From Candidatus Hydrogenedentota bacterium (GTDB lineage: Bacteria; Hydrogenedentota; Hydrogenedentia; Hydrogenedentales; SLHB01), in NCBI GenBank assembly GCA_034408725.1, contig JAWXCN010000163.1, positions 1-27,030 of the forward strand: a DNA stretch of 27,030 nt, read 5' to 3'. Below are positions 16,605-25,834 of this stretch, piece by piece (position 1 is the stretch's first letter; each line of letters begins with the position of its first letter). The notes beneath the pieces were generated by a model. The model ran no database searches. It was given only the letters and a program-made list of their open reading frames with translations, and was not told the origin of the DNA. The position numbers and the translations under genes are program-made.

Positions 16605-17108
16605 TTAATAACCCAGCGCCAGAACGCGGCCCACGGAGCGTTTGGCCGGTTCCCGCTTCTTCCAAATCCCACTCGGACCCGCGCCCTCGCTTGCGGCGAG
16701 TGCGGCCAGTTTCCATTCGACATATACAAAATGCGTGTTGCGCAGTCTCGCGATGGCGGCCTGCGTTTTCAGCGCGGCGCACATCAGCGCGCTGAGGACG
16801 ATGCGCACATCGCAATCATCCTGGTACACCTTCACGCCGGCCCGATAACCCATTCCATCTCTGACGCACCACGCGACACGACCCTTGAGTTCAACCGACC
16901 CTTCGCCGCGGCGGGGTTCTTTAACTTCAAGCATCACGTGATGACCCACGGGGAGTGGGAAGGTAGACAGCATGCAGATTCCGCCTTGATCAACATTCAC
17001 CAAATTGGCGGTTCCGCCGAGTTCGCGGCTGATCTGGTATCGAACCTCAGTCGTGATTTGCACACGTTTCGAGCGCCGTTGTTCCCGATGCAGGTTAGAT
17101 TCGTTCAT
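16605..17108 (-). CDS. PilZ-domain protein with C-terminal extension
   Basis: EQRRSKR (RxxxR), NVDQGG (variant of D/NxSxxG), LKGRVAW and YRAGVK; ATG 17108 with GGGAG upstream. Confidence 0.8.
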   Translation of the reverse strand: MNESNLHREQRRSKRVQITTEVRYQISRELGGTANLVNVDQGGICMLSTFPLPVGHHVMLEVKEPRRGEGSVELKGRVAWCVRDGMGYRAGVKVYQDDCDVRIVLSALMCAALKTQAAIARLRNTHFVYVEWKLAALAASEGAGPSGIWKKREPAKRSVGRVLALGY

Positions 17109-17147
17109 TAGTCCCGAGCTCCCGATTTCGTTCGTTGCGATACCAAT

Positions 17148-17163
17148 AACAACCGCCATGCCA
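17148..17163 (-). promoter_or_regulatory. Sigma54 (-24/-12) promoter candidate driving pilZ-pspA-pspC
   Basis: Minus strand TGGCATG-GCGG-TTGTT: GG (17162-17161), exactly 10 nt, then GT (17150-17149). Confidence 0.7.
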
Positions 17164-17229
17164 TCGCCGTCAGACACGGCTAAGATGCTGGGAGCTTTAG
17201 ACTTATTAGAAAATTGCCGAGAGCGTCTC

Positions 17230-17259
17230 TTGACGGTGTATGGCTAAAACCGCTAAACT
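17230..17259 (+). promoter_or_regulatory. Sigma70-type promoter for pspF
   Basis: TTGACG (17230-17235), 18-nt spacer, TAAACT (17254-17259). Confidence 0.6.
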
Positions 17260-17277
17260 CTGGCTCCAGCACTAAAC
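17241..17277. promoter_or_regulatory. Tandem candidate PspF upstream activating sequences
   Basis: TGGCTAAAACCGCTAAAC (17241-17258) and TGGCTCCAGCACTAAAC (17261-17277), about 100-140 bp upstream of the inferred sigma54 start. Confidence 0.55.
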
Positions 17278-17294
17278 CGATGGTGGAGTTGCGC

Positions 17295-18368
17295 ATGCCC
17301 GTTCCCCGTGATTCATCCGGTGGTCCGCCTCAGTCGCCTCAAGAGGCCATGGGACAATGTGAGTCATTTCTAAATTTCCAGGAACAATTGTCCCGGGTGG
17401 CGAGGGTAGAGCGCCCCGTCTTACTTATTGGTGAGCGTGGTTGTGGTAAAGAGCTGGCCGCCACACGCTTACACTTCTTATCCCAGAGGTGGCAGGAACC
17501 GTTCGTCGCACTGAATTGTTCTGCCTTGGCATCTTCGCTTATCGAATCTGAACTCTTCGGGCACGAAGAAGGGGCCTTTACTGGCGCAGGCCGCCGCCGC
17601 TCTGGCCGATTTGAGGCAGCCAACCAGGGCACGCTTTTCCTCGATGAGATAGGCAACATTCCAATCGAAACGCAGGAAAAGATTCTGCGCGTGGTCGAGT
17701 ACGGTAGTTTCGAGCGTGTGGGAAGTTCCAGGTCGATTCAGGTGGATGCGCGTATCATCGGGGCGACAAACGCCAACCTGTCTGAAATGGCCGAGAGCGG
17801 ACAGTTCATGCGCGACCTGTTGGACCGTCTTTCTTTCGAGGTCCTGTTTATCCCGCCACTGCGAGAGCGGCGCGATGACATCATGCTGCTGGCGAATCAT
17901 TTCGCGGTGCGCATGGCGTACGAGTTGGGTTGGGTGAACATGCCGCAGTTCACCGAGCGCGCCATTGACAGGCTTGACCAGTATGAATGGCCGGGAAATG
18001 TCCGCGAGTTGAAGAACGTGGTGGAACGCGCCGTCTATCGGTCCGACGACGAGGTGATTACAGACACGGAGATCGTGTTTGATCCGTTTCGCTCGCCCTT
18101 TGCGAAAAGTGATGAGGAAGACGCTATTCGTTCCCGAAGAATGGCGAGCGCGGAAGCCGCCGCGCCGACGGCAAAAATTCCGACGAACGCCGATTCGCTT
18201 GATGGCAAAACTTATGACGAAGCCATCCGGGACGTGGAGCTTACCTTGTTGAGAAACGTGCTCGAACGCGCACGGTTTAATCAGCGGAAGGCCGCGGAGC
18301 TGCTTGGACTCACCTATCACCAGTTTCGAGGACTCTATCGAAAGTACACGGATGTTCTTGGAGAATAG
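17295..18368 (+). CDS. pspF: Phage shock protein operon sigma54 activator (AAA+ bEBP with no N-terminal sensor)
   Basis: Walker A GERGCGKE, GAFTGA, Walker B LFLDE, WPGNVRELKNVVERAVY and HTH NQRKAAELLGLTYHQFR; divergent from pspA; GGAG RBS before ATG 17295. Confidence 0.95.
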   Translation: MPVPRDSSGGPPQSPQEAMGQCESFLNFQEQLSRVARVERPVLLIGERGCGKELAATRLHFLSQRWQEPFVALNCSALASSLIESELFGHEEGAFTGAGRRRSGRFEAANQGTLFLDEIGNIPIETQEKILRVVEYGSFERVGSSRSIQVDARIIGATNANLSEMAESGQFMRDLLDRLSFEVLFIPPLRERRDDIMLLANHFAVRMAYELGWVNMPQFTERAIDRLDQYEWPGNVRELKNVVERAVYRSDDEVITDTEIVFDPFRSPFAKSDEEDAIRSRRMASAEAAAPTAKIPTNADSLDGKTYDEAIRDVELTLLRNVLERARFNQRKAAELLGLTYHQFRGLYRKYTDVLGE

Positions 18369-18418
18369 CCGGGGGTTGGGGGAAGTCGCGAAACTTCTGA
18401 TATCGGCGTAGCGGGAGT

Positions 18419-19102
18419 TTATTTGAGGATGACAGGGCCAAGCCGCGTCGGTTGTCCGGGTAGCAGCACTGTTGTGGGGAGATCGGTATGGCGGCCGTCG
18501 CGCGATTCGAGCGTAATGGCGTATTCGCCCGGCGGCACAAACTCGAAGCGCGCGCGCCCATCGGCATCGGTAGTAGTTTCTGACGGCCACCACGGCCCGC
18601 GGGACGGATGGCTCATCATCATTCCGACGGGCTGATCGGCAATGGTTCCGCCGTCACCGGCCATGACCTCCATTTCGAGTGTTGCGGCGGGAAGCATGAC
18701 AATACGCAATTGTTCAGCCGGGAACCCCTCGCCGGGCAACACTTCGTAAAAGTTGTTCGCGAATACTTTCTTGGTGGGGTCCCACGCGCGGATATAGAGC
18801 CTCTGGTCAATCGGAATTACAATCGACGTTTGACCGTTCGCGCCGGTGATTTCGCCTTTGGCGACGGGCGCATCGAAAGCGTTGGGTTGTTTTGTCGCAA
18901 TGGGGAGCATGCCTGCGACCGGATTTCCTTCCATGTCCACTACCACCATGCGCGCAACGGCAGTTTTGGGTGAAGTGTGTTGTGCGGCGGGGGCGACAGA
19001 AGGCGCGGGAGTGCTAACCTGGGTTGGGCTATCGTCATTCGAGCATCCCGCGGTCAGGAGGGTGAGAAACAGCGTGTTCAACAATACGGAAACAGTGCGC
19101 AT
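18419..19102 (-). CDS. Lipoprotein with two probable beta-sandwich (carboxypeptidase-regulatory-like) repeats
   Basis: Lipobox TAGC; VVDMEGNPVAG...ITGANG and TTDADGRARFEFVPPGEY patterns; ATG 1 nt after the ABC exporter stop. Confidence 0.7.
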   Translation of the reverse strand: MRTVSVLLNTLFLTLLTAGCSNDDSPTQVSTPAPSVAPAAQHTSPKTAVARMVVVDMEGNPVAGMLPIATKQPNAFDAPVAKGEITGANGQTSIVIPIDQRLYIRAWDPTKKVFANNFYEVLPGEGFPAEQLRIVMLPAATLEMEVMAGDGGTIADQPVGMMMSHPSRGPWWPSETTTDADGRARFEFVPPGEYAITLESRDGRHTDLPTTVLLPGQPTRLGPVILK

Positions 19103-19103
19103 T

Positions 19104-21098
19104 TCAATAGACGGCGTCATCGTCGTCCGGGCGCTCCGGTTTACCGGTATCAGCGCAGGCAGCAGGTTCGGGTGAGGCGAACTGAATTTCGTATAGCCGC
19201 TTGTAAATACTTTCGGGTTGTAAGAGCAGTTCGGTGTGCGTGCCCTGCTCGACGACGAGGCCTTGGTCGATTACCAGAATGCGGTCGGCGCGTTGGATGG
19301 TTGAAAGGCGGTGCGCGATTACGATTGTCGTGCGCCCGACGACGAATTCTTCAATAGCCTGCTGTATGGCGCGCTCGCTTTCGGAATCAAGACTCGAGGT
19401 CGCTTCATCGAGAATCAGCACCGCGGGGTCCTTGATCAAGGCGCGCGCAATGGCAAGCCGCTGGCGCTGCCCGCCGGAGAGCGAACCGCCGGATTCGCCA
19501 ATGGGGGTATCGTATTGCCGGTAGAGCTTCTCGACGAACTCGGTCGCGTGCGCAGCCTTTACAGCCTCGCGAATGCGTTCGTCAGAATAGGAGGCTTTTC
19601 CGGCGGCGATGTTTTCGCGCACGGATGCGTTGAAGAGAATGGTGTCTTGCGTGACGATGCTGATTTGTCCGCGGAGACTCGCTTGTGTGACCTGCCGGAC
19701 ATCGACGCCGTCGAATCGGATAGCGCCGCCGGTCACATCGTAGAAGCGGGGTACCAGTTTTGCAAGCGTGCTCTTTCCAGCGCCACTGAATCCGACGATA
19801 GCGAGCATCTCGCCTTTTTTCACGTCGAATGAAACGCCGCGCAAGACTTCTGTTTTTCCGTCATAGGAGAAGCGGACGTTGTCGAACGATATCGATTCGC
19901 TCAGGGCGGGCAGTATGGCTGCGTGGGGGGCATCGACCAAATTGGATTTGATGTCGATAAACTCGAAGACGCGTTCCGCGCTGGCGACGCTGGTCTGGAC
20001 GGCGTTATTCACCGCGGTCAATTTGCGGACAGGGTCCATGAGACCGATAAGCGCCGCATATAGCTGAAGGAGATCGCCAATGTGCAGGCGTGCATTCAGG
20101 ACTTCCCGGGCGCTGACAAAGATGAAGGCAACAAAGCCCAGCGTCATGACGAACTCAGTCAGCGGACCGATAGCGGCATCGGCGCGCATCATTTTCAGGC
20201 CCTGCCGCTCAAGCTTGGCGTATTCGCGTTTGACCATCCCGCGGACAAAATCTTCCATGAGGAAGCCTTTGATAATGCTGATGCCGGTGACGCTTTCTTT
20301 CGCGACGGTTTGGAGCCCGGCGATACGCTCGAGAGTCCGTCGCATGCTTTTGCGAATTTTTTGGCCGACCTTGTACATGATCAATGCGACGGGAGGTAGG
20401 ACCAGGACGCCGATAAGCGTGAGTTTCGGGGAGATAGCCAGGGCGATTGCAAGAAAGATAATCGCCTTGAAGGGTTCGCGAAATAGTTTCATGAAGACAG
20501 CGGTAAGGCCGCGGCCCGCGGTGAAGCAGTCGTTGGTCATGCGGGCGATAATTTCGCCGGAAGGATTTTTCTCGAAGAAGCGGATGGGCAGGCGGATGAT
20601 GTTGTCGTACATCTCGATGCCTAACCGGACTGTGATGAACGTGGCGATGGACGCGCAGAGGTATTCCTGAAAGAAACGCGCGAGCCCGCTGATGGCTGAA
20701 AGAATTATGACGAACCCGCAAAGCCAAACCATCGCGCGCATCGGGTCTTCGCGCAGGTAGATAACCGCGGGTTCCAGCGCCGCCCCGAGCCGTTCGACGG
20801 GCCATGCAATACCGCCGGGCATGCGTGCCGCGAAATTTTCTAAAGATTCGCGTGCATGGACGATTTCGACCTTGACAGTGGCTTCATCCTCGAAGACATA
20901 TTTAACAATGTTGCCGGCTCCGACTATGATTGCGCCAAACGACGCGGCAACAAAGAATGCGAATACTATCGAGAGAATCAGGCGTACTTTGTAGTCGAAA
21001 ACATAGCCGAGTAGCCGTTTATAAATGGACCAGGAACTGCCCTGGGGTTTGGACACATTGCGCGCTTCGTAGTTTGTGCTTTCATCAATACCGTGCAT
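19104..21098 (-). CDS. MsbA-like ABC exporter (fused TMD and NBD), possible lipid A flippase
   Basis: N-terminal TM helices; GFSGAGKST, IVTQD, LSGGQRQR, LILDEATSSLD and IAHRLST motifs. Confidence 0.9.
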   Translation of the reverse strand: MHGIDESTNYEARNVSKPQGSSWSIYKRLLGYVFDYKVRLILSIVFAFFVAASFGAIIVGAGNIVKYVFEDEATVKVEIVHARESLENFAARMPGGIAWPVERLGAALEPAVIYLREDPMRAMVWLCGFVIILSAISGLARFFQEYLCASIATFITVRLGIEMYDNIIRLPIRFFEKNPSGEIIARMTNDCFTAGRGLTAVFMKLFREPFKAIIFLAIALAISPKLTLIGVLVLPPVALIMYKVGQKIRKSMRRTLERIAGLQTVAKESVTGISIIKGFLMEDFVRGMVKREYAKLERQGLKMMRADAAIGPLTEFVMTLGFVAFIFVSAREVLNARLHIGDLLQLYAALIGLMDPVRKLTAVNNAVQTSVASAERVFEFIDIKSNLVDAPHAAILPALSESISFDNVRFSYDGKTEVLRGVSFDVKKGEMLAIVGFSGAGKSTLAKLVPRFYDVTGGAIRFDGVDVRQVTQASLRGQISIVTQDTILFNASVRENIAAGKASYSDERIREAVKAAHATEFVEKLYRQYDTPIGESGGSLSGGQRQRLAIARALIKDPAVLILDEATSSLDSESERAIQQAIEEFVVGRTTIVIAHRLSTIQRADRILVIDQGLVVEQGTHTELLLQPESIYKRLYEIQFASPEPAACADTGKPERPDDDDAVY

Positions 21099-21126
21099 GG
21101 GGAAGTCCGAGTGGAATTAAGGGGAG

Positions 21127-21155
21127 AGCTTAACAGATCGCGGGCTTATGCTCAA
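21127..21155 (-). promoter_or_regulatory. Sigma70-type promoter for the ABC exporter-lipoprotein pair
   Basis: TTGAGC (21155-21150), 17-nt spacer ending in TGT, TAAGCT (21132-21127). Confidence 0.65.
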
Positions 21156-21172
21156 TGCGGCGCGGGTGGAAG

Positions 21173-21619
21173 TCATTCAAACAGGAGTTTGTAAATCCAT
21201 GCGATCGCGAGCAGTAGCGCCGCTGGCACGATCAGGCGCGGGGCCGTGAGGATTTTCCGCAATCGCTCCGGCACGCGACCTGTGATGACAGCGACAATGC
21301 TGCCGGCGAAAAAGAGAACACAGGCTATGAAGAGAACCGCGCCGGCTGGTTGGGCGTGAAAGGCTTCACCAGCACGAGCATCCGCCATGAGCGCGAATGA
21401 CGTTGTCATGCCGCACATTGGGCAGGGAAAACCGGCGAAATATTGTGAAACACAGGGTGGCAATCCGAGTTGCTCGTGCGTGCCGAAGCCGCGAGGGTCC
21501 GGAGATAGATACGCGGCGAAAGCGAGCACGCCCGCGCAGGCGAGGGCAATCGTGAACGATGTCAGACGCAATGACGGGGGCAATAATGGAGCTATCTGTG
21601 TCTGCGCATCGGTGGACAT
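21173..21619 (-). CDS. DUF2752-family membrane protein
   Basis: GTHEQLGLPPC...PCPMCGMTTSF motif with flanking TM helices; start at ATG 21619. Confidence 0.85.
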   Translation of the reverse strand: MSTDAQTQIAPLLPPSLRLTSFTIALACAGVLAFAAYLSPDPRGFGTHEQLGLPPCVSQYFAGFPCPMCGMTTSFALMADARAGEAFHAQPAGAVLFIACVLFFAGSIVAVITGRVPERLRKILTAPRLIVPAALLLAIAWIYKLLFE

Positions 21620-21635
21620 AATATTGTGAAAGTCG

Positions 21636-21664
21636 CCGCGGGGAAGCAGTTGGCTTCCCCGCGG
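21636..21664 (-). terminator. Hairpin downstream of degP; probable intrinsic terminator
   Basis: Perfect 12-bp stem CCGCGGGGAAGC/GCTTCCCCGCGG with a 5-nt loop, 13 nt after the stop; only a short U-tract. Confidence 0.7.
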
Positions 21665-21677
21665 GCAAGCTTGCAGA

Positions 21678-23144
21678 TTAATTTGCTTCGGCGTCTGGAA
21701 CTTTAACAAGGATGGGCAAAGTTTGGCCGTTCGGGCGCAGAACCCGGAGCAGCACGTTTGTGCCCGGTTTCGCATGTTCGTCGATAAGCGCCTTGAATTC
21801 CTCGACCGTTGACAGCGGTTTTTGCTGGACTTCGGTGATGATGTCCGCGACGGATATTTCCGCGTTGTACGCCGGGGAATTGGCTTCGACATCAATAACT
21901 ACAACGCCTTCCAGTTTGGCGTCAAGTCCTGCCTGCTTCTTCATTTCCGGCGTCAGCGGTTGAACGCGCATGCCCAGAAGCGGCGCGCCGAACCGTGCTT
22001 CGATGACGCTTCCCGGATATTCGGCCAACGTCACTTCGAGGTTTACCGCGGCTTTTTCGCGCCAGATTTCCAGTTTGACCGATTCACCCGGGGCAAACGC
22101 CGAGATCTTCTTGACCAAATCCTGGGCGCCGGCCACGGTCTCATCATTGACCTTGCGAATGACATCGTCTTTTATGATGCCTGCCTTTTCCGCGGGCGAA
22201 TCTGAAATCGTGCCTATATTGACGTATGCGCCTTTCGTATCGGGAAGCCCGAGGGCTTCCGCGAGTTCTTCGGCAGTTGCGTCACCGGTAACGATTTCCC
22301 GGATGTCCACGATACCGTCAACCCCGAGAAATCCGCGCGTCACCTTTCCGCTGGCGATTAATTGAGGAACGACTTCCTTGGCCATATTGATCGGAATGGC
22401 GAAACCGAGCGAATTTCCGATTGCGTCAATAGCAGTGTTGATGCCGATAACTTTGCCGTCAATGTCCACTAGCGGACCGCCGCTATTTCCGAAGTTAATG
22501 GCGGCATCGGTCTGGATAAAATTCTGGAACCGCAGTTGGATCGGCAATTGCAATTCCGTGCGGCCAAGCGCGCTGACATGTCCAAAGGACAATGACCCTT
22601 CCAGTCCTCGCGGGCTTCCCAGCGCGATTGCGAACTGGCCTACTTTGATGTCGTCCGAATTCCCGAGGTCCGCGATGTGCAGATCGGCTGGCGGGTCTTT
22701 GATTTTGATAACAGCGATGTCGGTGTCCTTGTCGCCGCCGACTACTTCCGCGCCGAATTCACGTCCGTCGTGAAGGCGTACGGTAATCGATTTCGCGCCG
22801 CTGACGACGTGATTGTTGGTGATGATGTGGCCATTGGTATCGAACAGGAATCCGGAGCCTGACGCCATTGCGCCGCGACGCCGCGGGTCCGGCATTTGCT
22901 CTGGCATGGGGATGTCGTAAAAGCGGAAGAAGTCTTCCAAGCCGCGCATCTGAGGCCGCTCGCCGGTTTCCTCGGATTCGTCTTGTTCGCTGTCGATGTT
23001 GACGACCGCGGGCCGTACCTGATCGCCGATACGGATAAATGCGTCCTCAAGTTCACGCAACATCGGCGTGATTGCATGCGCGCTGCCTGCCGACAGCATC
23101 GCAATCATCGCTGTGTAGAGAATCTTCATTGAAACAGGTCTCAT
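21678..23144 (-). CDS. degP: HtrA/DegP/DegQ (Do family) periplasmic serine protease with two PDZ domains
   Basis: Signal peptide; GSGF, TNNHVV, DIAVIKI and QTDAAINFGNSGGPL; two PDZ regions (SPAEKAG, SPAYNAE); AGGAGG RBS and ATGA overlap with glnD. Confidence 0.92.
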   Translation of the reverse strand: MRPVSMKILYTAMIAMLSAGSAHAITPMLRELEDAFIRIGDQVRPAVVNIDSEQDESEETGERPQMRGLEDFFRFYDIPMPEQMPDPRRRGAMASGSGFLFDTNGHIITNNHVVSGAKSITVRLHDGREFGAEVVGGDKDTDIAVIKIKDPPADLHIADLGNSDDIKVGQFAIALGSPRGLEGSLSFGHVSALGRTELQLPIQLRFQNFIQTDAAINFGNSGGPLVDIDGKVIGINTAIDAIGNSLGFAIPINMAKEVVPQLIASGKVTRGFLGVDGIVDIREIVTGDATAEELAEALGLPDTKGAYVNIGTISDSPAEKAGIIKDDVIRKVNDETVAGAQDLVKKISAFAPGESVKLEIWREKAAVNLEVTLAEYPGSVIEARFGAPLLGMRVQPLTPEMKKQAGLDAKLEGVVVIDVEANSPAYNAEISVADIITEVQQKPLSTVEEFKALIDEHAKPGTNVLLRVLRPNGQTLPILVKVPDAEAN

Positions 23145-25834
23145 ACCTTACCTCCTTTGGTCTCAGCGGCGGTCCTCGGGTGGATCGCGTTATGAAGCGC
23201 CTCCCGAACTTCCGCCAGTGCAACTTCGTGTTGAATCTTGGTTCCGTCCCTGGTTACATAAAACGAATCGCGGACGCGGTGAACGTCCGTAACGATTCGG
23301 GCCGTCGAGATGTCCAGTCCAATCTCGCTCATGATACGAGTAATATCATACAGCAGTCCGGTCCGGTCGCCGGTCTCAATATCGACAATAGTATGATGCC
23401 TGGACGAGTGGTTGTCGAATACGATGCGGGTGGACACCGCCACGCGGGGCTGGAGCAGCGCGAATAGCCGTTTTAACGAACGGTCCACGTGGTCCTGCAC
23501 GTCCTCGCCATTAATCAGCACGGCGCGCAAGACTTCCTCCATCCGCTGTGCCATTGACGGGGTGAGCGGGCGGGCGTGACGCGCGTCCGAGACGGTAAAA
23601 CAGTCGATAACCCACCCGTCCGGCCGGGTGAATAATGCAGCGCCGCTGATATCAATGAGTTGGGAGGAGAAGCAGCCCGCTATTTTAGAGAACAGACCGT
23701 GCCGGTCTCGCGTGCAGATGACTATCTCGCTCTTGTTCGTAACGGGATTCACGTCGCAGTTTATGGCCAAACCGCTCGCCTCGGCGCGCAGAATACACTC
23801 CATGTGTTGAACAATCTGTTCGGGCTGGAAGGCCACGAAATATCGTTGGCCCAAGCCTTCCAGGTGTTCATTGACCATGAAACGCATGGGTGAGGGCGCT
23901 ACATTCCGGACTTCGTCCGCCTTAGCCGACTTCCAGTATTCCTCGCCGGAAGTTTCCGCGCGGCCGAGCATGCGTTTTACCGTACGCAGGTATAGTTGCA
24001 ACAGCAGCGCGCCTTTCCACTCATTCCAAACACCGGGGGCCACCGCGGAGAGGTCTGCATACGAAAGTACAAACAGGGCGCGCAACCGGTATTCGTTCTG
24101 GATGGTTTTTGCAAATGCCTCGACGATGTCCTCATCGTCGATGTCGCGATACTGGCTGATTGTGGTCATCAGGATATGGTGCTCGACAAGGCACACTATG
24201 CGGTCGGTATCGCCACTTTCGATGCCCATACGCGCGCAAATATTCCGCGTGATGCGCACACTTTCCTCGACATGCACGTCACCCTGCACCTTGCCCAGAT
24301 CGTGAAACAGTATCGCCAGCACAAGCACATAGGGGTCGGACAGATTCTCCAACGCTTCGCGAAGGCACCGGCCCACCGCGCCTGGCACTTCCTCCAACGC
24401 GCCAAGGGCTTCGATCGCGCGCAGGGTATGTTCACCGACCGGATAGGAATGAAAATCGCTGTAGCGAATAATATTGTTCACTTCGTCAAACTCAGGAATG
24501 TATTTTCCGAGAACGCCAAGCGAGGCCGCCTGACGCAGGGCGAAGGCCGCGCGCGTGGGATGGTTGCAGATCGCAAGAAAGAAGCGGCGTACAACGTCGC
24601 TTTCGCGGAACGCATCGTTAATGAGACCGAGGCTGTTTGCGACCATTCGTTCCACGCGATGGCTCAATGGCACGCGCTGGCGCGAGCTCACCCAGAAAAC
24701 TTCCATGAGGCGCGTCGGGTTATGGTAGAACCACTGGCTGTCGTTGGCGCCCACATACAACTCGCCGTTCTCGACCACATAGTCATGGGCAATGGGAATG
24801 CCGGTATCGGGGAGGTTTAAGGTGTTGGAGGCGCTGCACACGCGCGCCACCGTCCGCATGAACCGGCGCAACTTTCCGGCAGCGGAGTAGTAATCCTGCA
24901 TGAAGCGCCGCACGGATGGCCCCGGCAGATAGCCAAATGCTTCGGCGATATGACGTTGGTTGGCGTGCGTAAGGCGGTCCTCTGGTTTTCCCGCATGAAA
25001 ATGTATTTCATTGCGAGTGCGCCACATCAAATCGAGGCCATCGACAAAATTCAGATATTCGTCCTGAGTGATGACCCCTTGCGCTACAGCCTCGTCCAAA
25101 GTCGTGATGCCATAGGACATCATTAACAGCCAAAGGGCGGTATGAAAATCACGCAAACCGCCCGCGTTTTCTTTGACGTTCGGCTCCGGCGCGTATAAAT
25201 CGAGGTACTCGCTCGGGGTGTTGTACCGGTCACGCAACTTCTGTTCAATGAATCTCGCGGCCAACGGTCCGGATTGCAACTCGCGAATATGCAATTTCAG
25301 GCGGGCGAAGACGGTACTTTCACCCGCGATGTGCCGGCTTTCCAAAAAGCGGGTAAATGCAAGTATATCGTCTGACGCGAGTTCGTTTGCTTCCTGAATG
25401 CTGTGAATGGAATAGCCGACCATAAAGCCGCTGTCCCAGAAAAATGGGATGAGGTAGCTGTTCAAGGCGCGGATATTTTCATCCAGCGGGCCTTCGTACA
25501 ACAGGCAAATATCGAGGTCAGAATATGGGCTCAGCTCTCCCCGCCCATAGCCACCGAGCGCGCAGATGGCGACGCGCGACTGCACCGCGCGCCTGAGTCC
25601 CATCGAGGCGAGCGCGAAGTTATAGATGCCGCGCACGACTTCATCCGCGAGATCGGACATCAGGTGAACAATGTTTCCGCCGGACGCGCCGTCGGCGTGC
25701 AGCCGGCGCAAATGCCCTCGCCCTTCGGCCGCGAACTTCCGGGTGGCGAGCAAACATTCGTCGCGCGACAAATTGCCGGGGTCGAATTCCAACGACGTGG
25801 ACAGGGCCACCAGTTCCGCAAAGGTTTTACTCAC
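23141..25834 (-). CDS. glnD: [Protein-PII] uridylyltransferase/uridylyl-removing enzyme
   Basis: ALGGYGRGELSPYSDLDI, EPNVKENAGGLRD, HD domain (HSYPVGEHT...FHDLGK) and two ACT domains (DRHGLF, DRTGLL). Confidence 0.96.
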   Translation of the reverse strand: MSKTFAELVALSTSLEFDPGNLSRDECLLATRKFAAEGRGHLRRLHADGASGGNIVHLMSDLADEVVRGIYNFALASMGLRRAVQSRVAICALGGYGRGELSPYSDLDICLLYEGPLDENIRALNSYLIPFFWDSGFMVGYSIHSIQEANELASDDILAFTRFLESRHIAGESTVFARLKLHIRELQSGPLAARFIEQKLRDRYNTPSEYLDLYAPEPNVKENAGGLRDFHTALWLLMMSYGITTLDEAVAQGVITQDEYLNFVDGLDLMWRTRNEIHFHAGKPEDRLTHANQRHIAEAFGYLPGPSVRRFMQDYYSAAGKLRRFMRTVARVCSASNTLNLPDTGIPIAHDYVVENGELYVGANDSQWFYHNPTRLMEVFWVSSRQRVPLSHRVERMVANSLGLINDAFRESDVVRRFFLAICNHPTRAAFALRQAASLGVLGKYIPEFDEVNNIIRYSDFHSYPVGEHTLRAIEALGALEEVPGAVGRCLREALENLSDPYVLVLAILFHDLGKVQGDVHVEESVRITRNICARMGIESGDTDRIVCLVEHHILMTTISQYRDIDDEDIVEAFAKTIQNEYRLRALFVLSYADLSAVAPGVWNEWKGALLLQLYLRTVKRMLGRAETSGEEYWKSAKADEVRNVAPSPMRFMVNEHLEGLGQRYFVAFQPEQIVQHMECILRAEASGLAINCDVNPVTNKSEIVICTRDRHGLFSKIAGCFSSQLIDISGAALFTRPDGWVIDCFTVSDARHARPLTPSMAQRMEEVLRAVLINGEDVQDHVDRSLKRLFALLQPRVAVSTRIVFDNHSSRHHTIVDIETGDRTGLLYDITRIMSEIGLDISTARIVTDVHRVRDSFYVTRDGTKIQHEVALAEVREALHNAIHPRTAAETKGGKV

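Noticed and set aside
16561-16815. N-terminal extension of the pspA ORF, suggesting a PilZ-PspA fusion or frameshift
   Set aside because: PspA has a canonical MGIF start with an AGGAGG RBS, and the PilZ ORF has its own stop at 16605; I saw no obvious slippery site
21620-21895. N-terminal extension of the DUF2752 ORF
   Set aside because: It overlaps the degP 3' end and crosses the terminator-like hairpin
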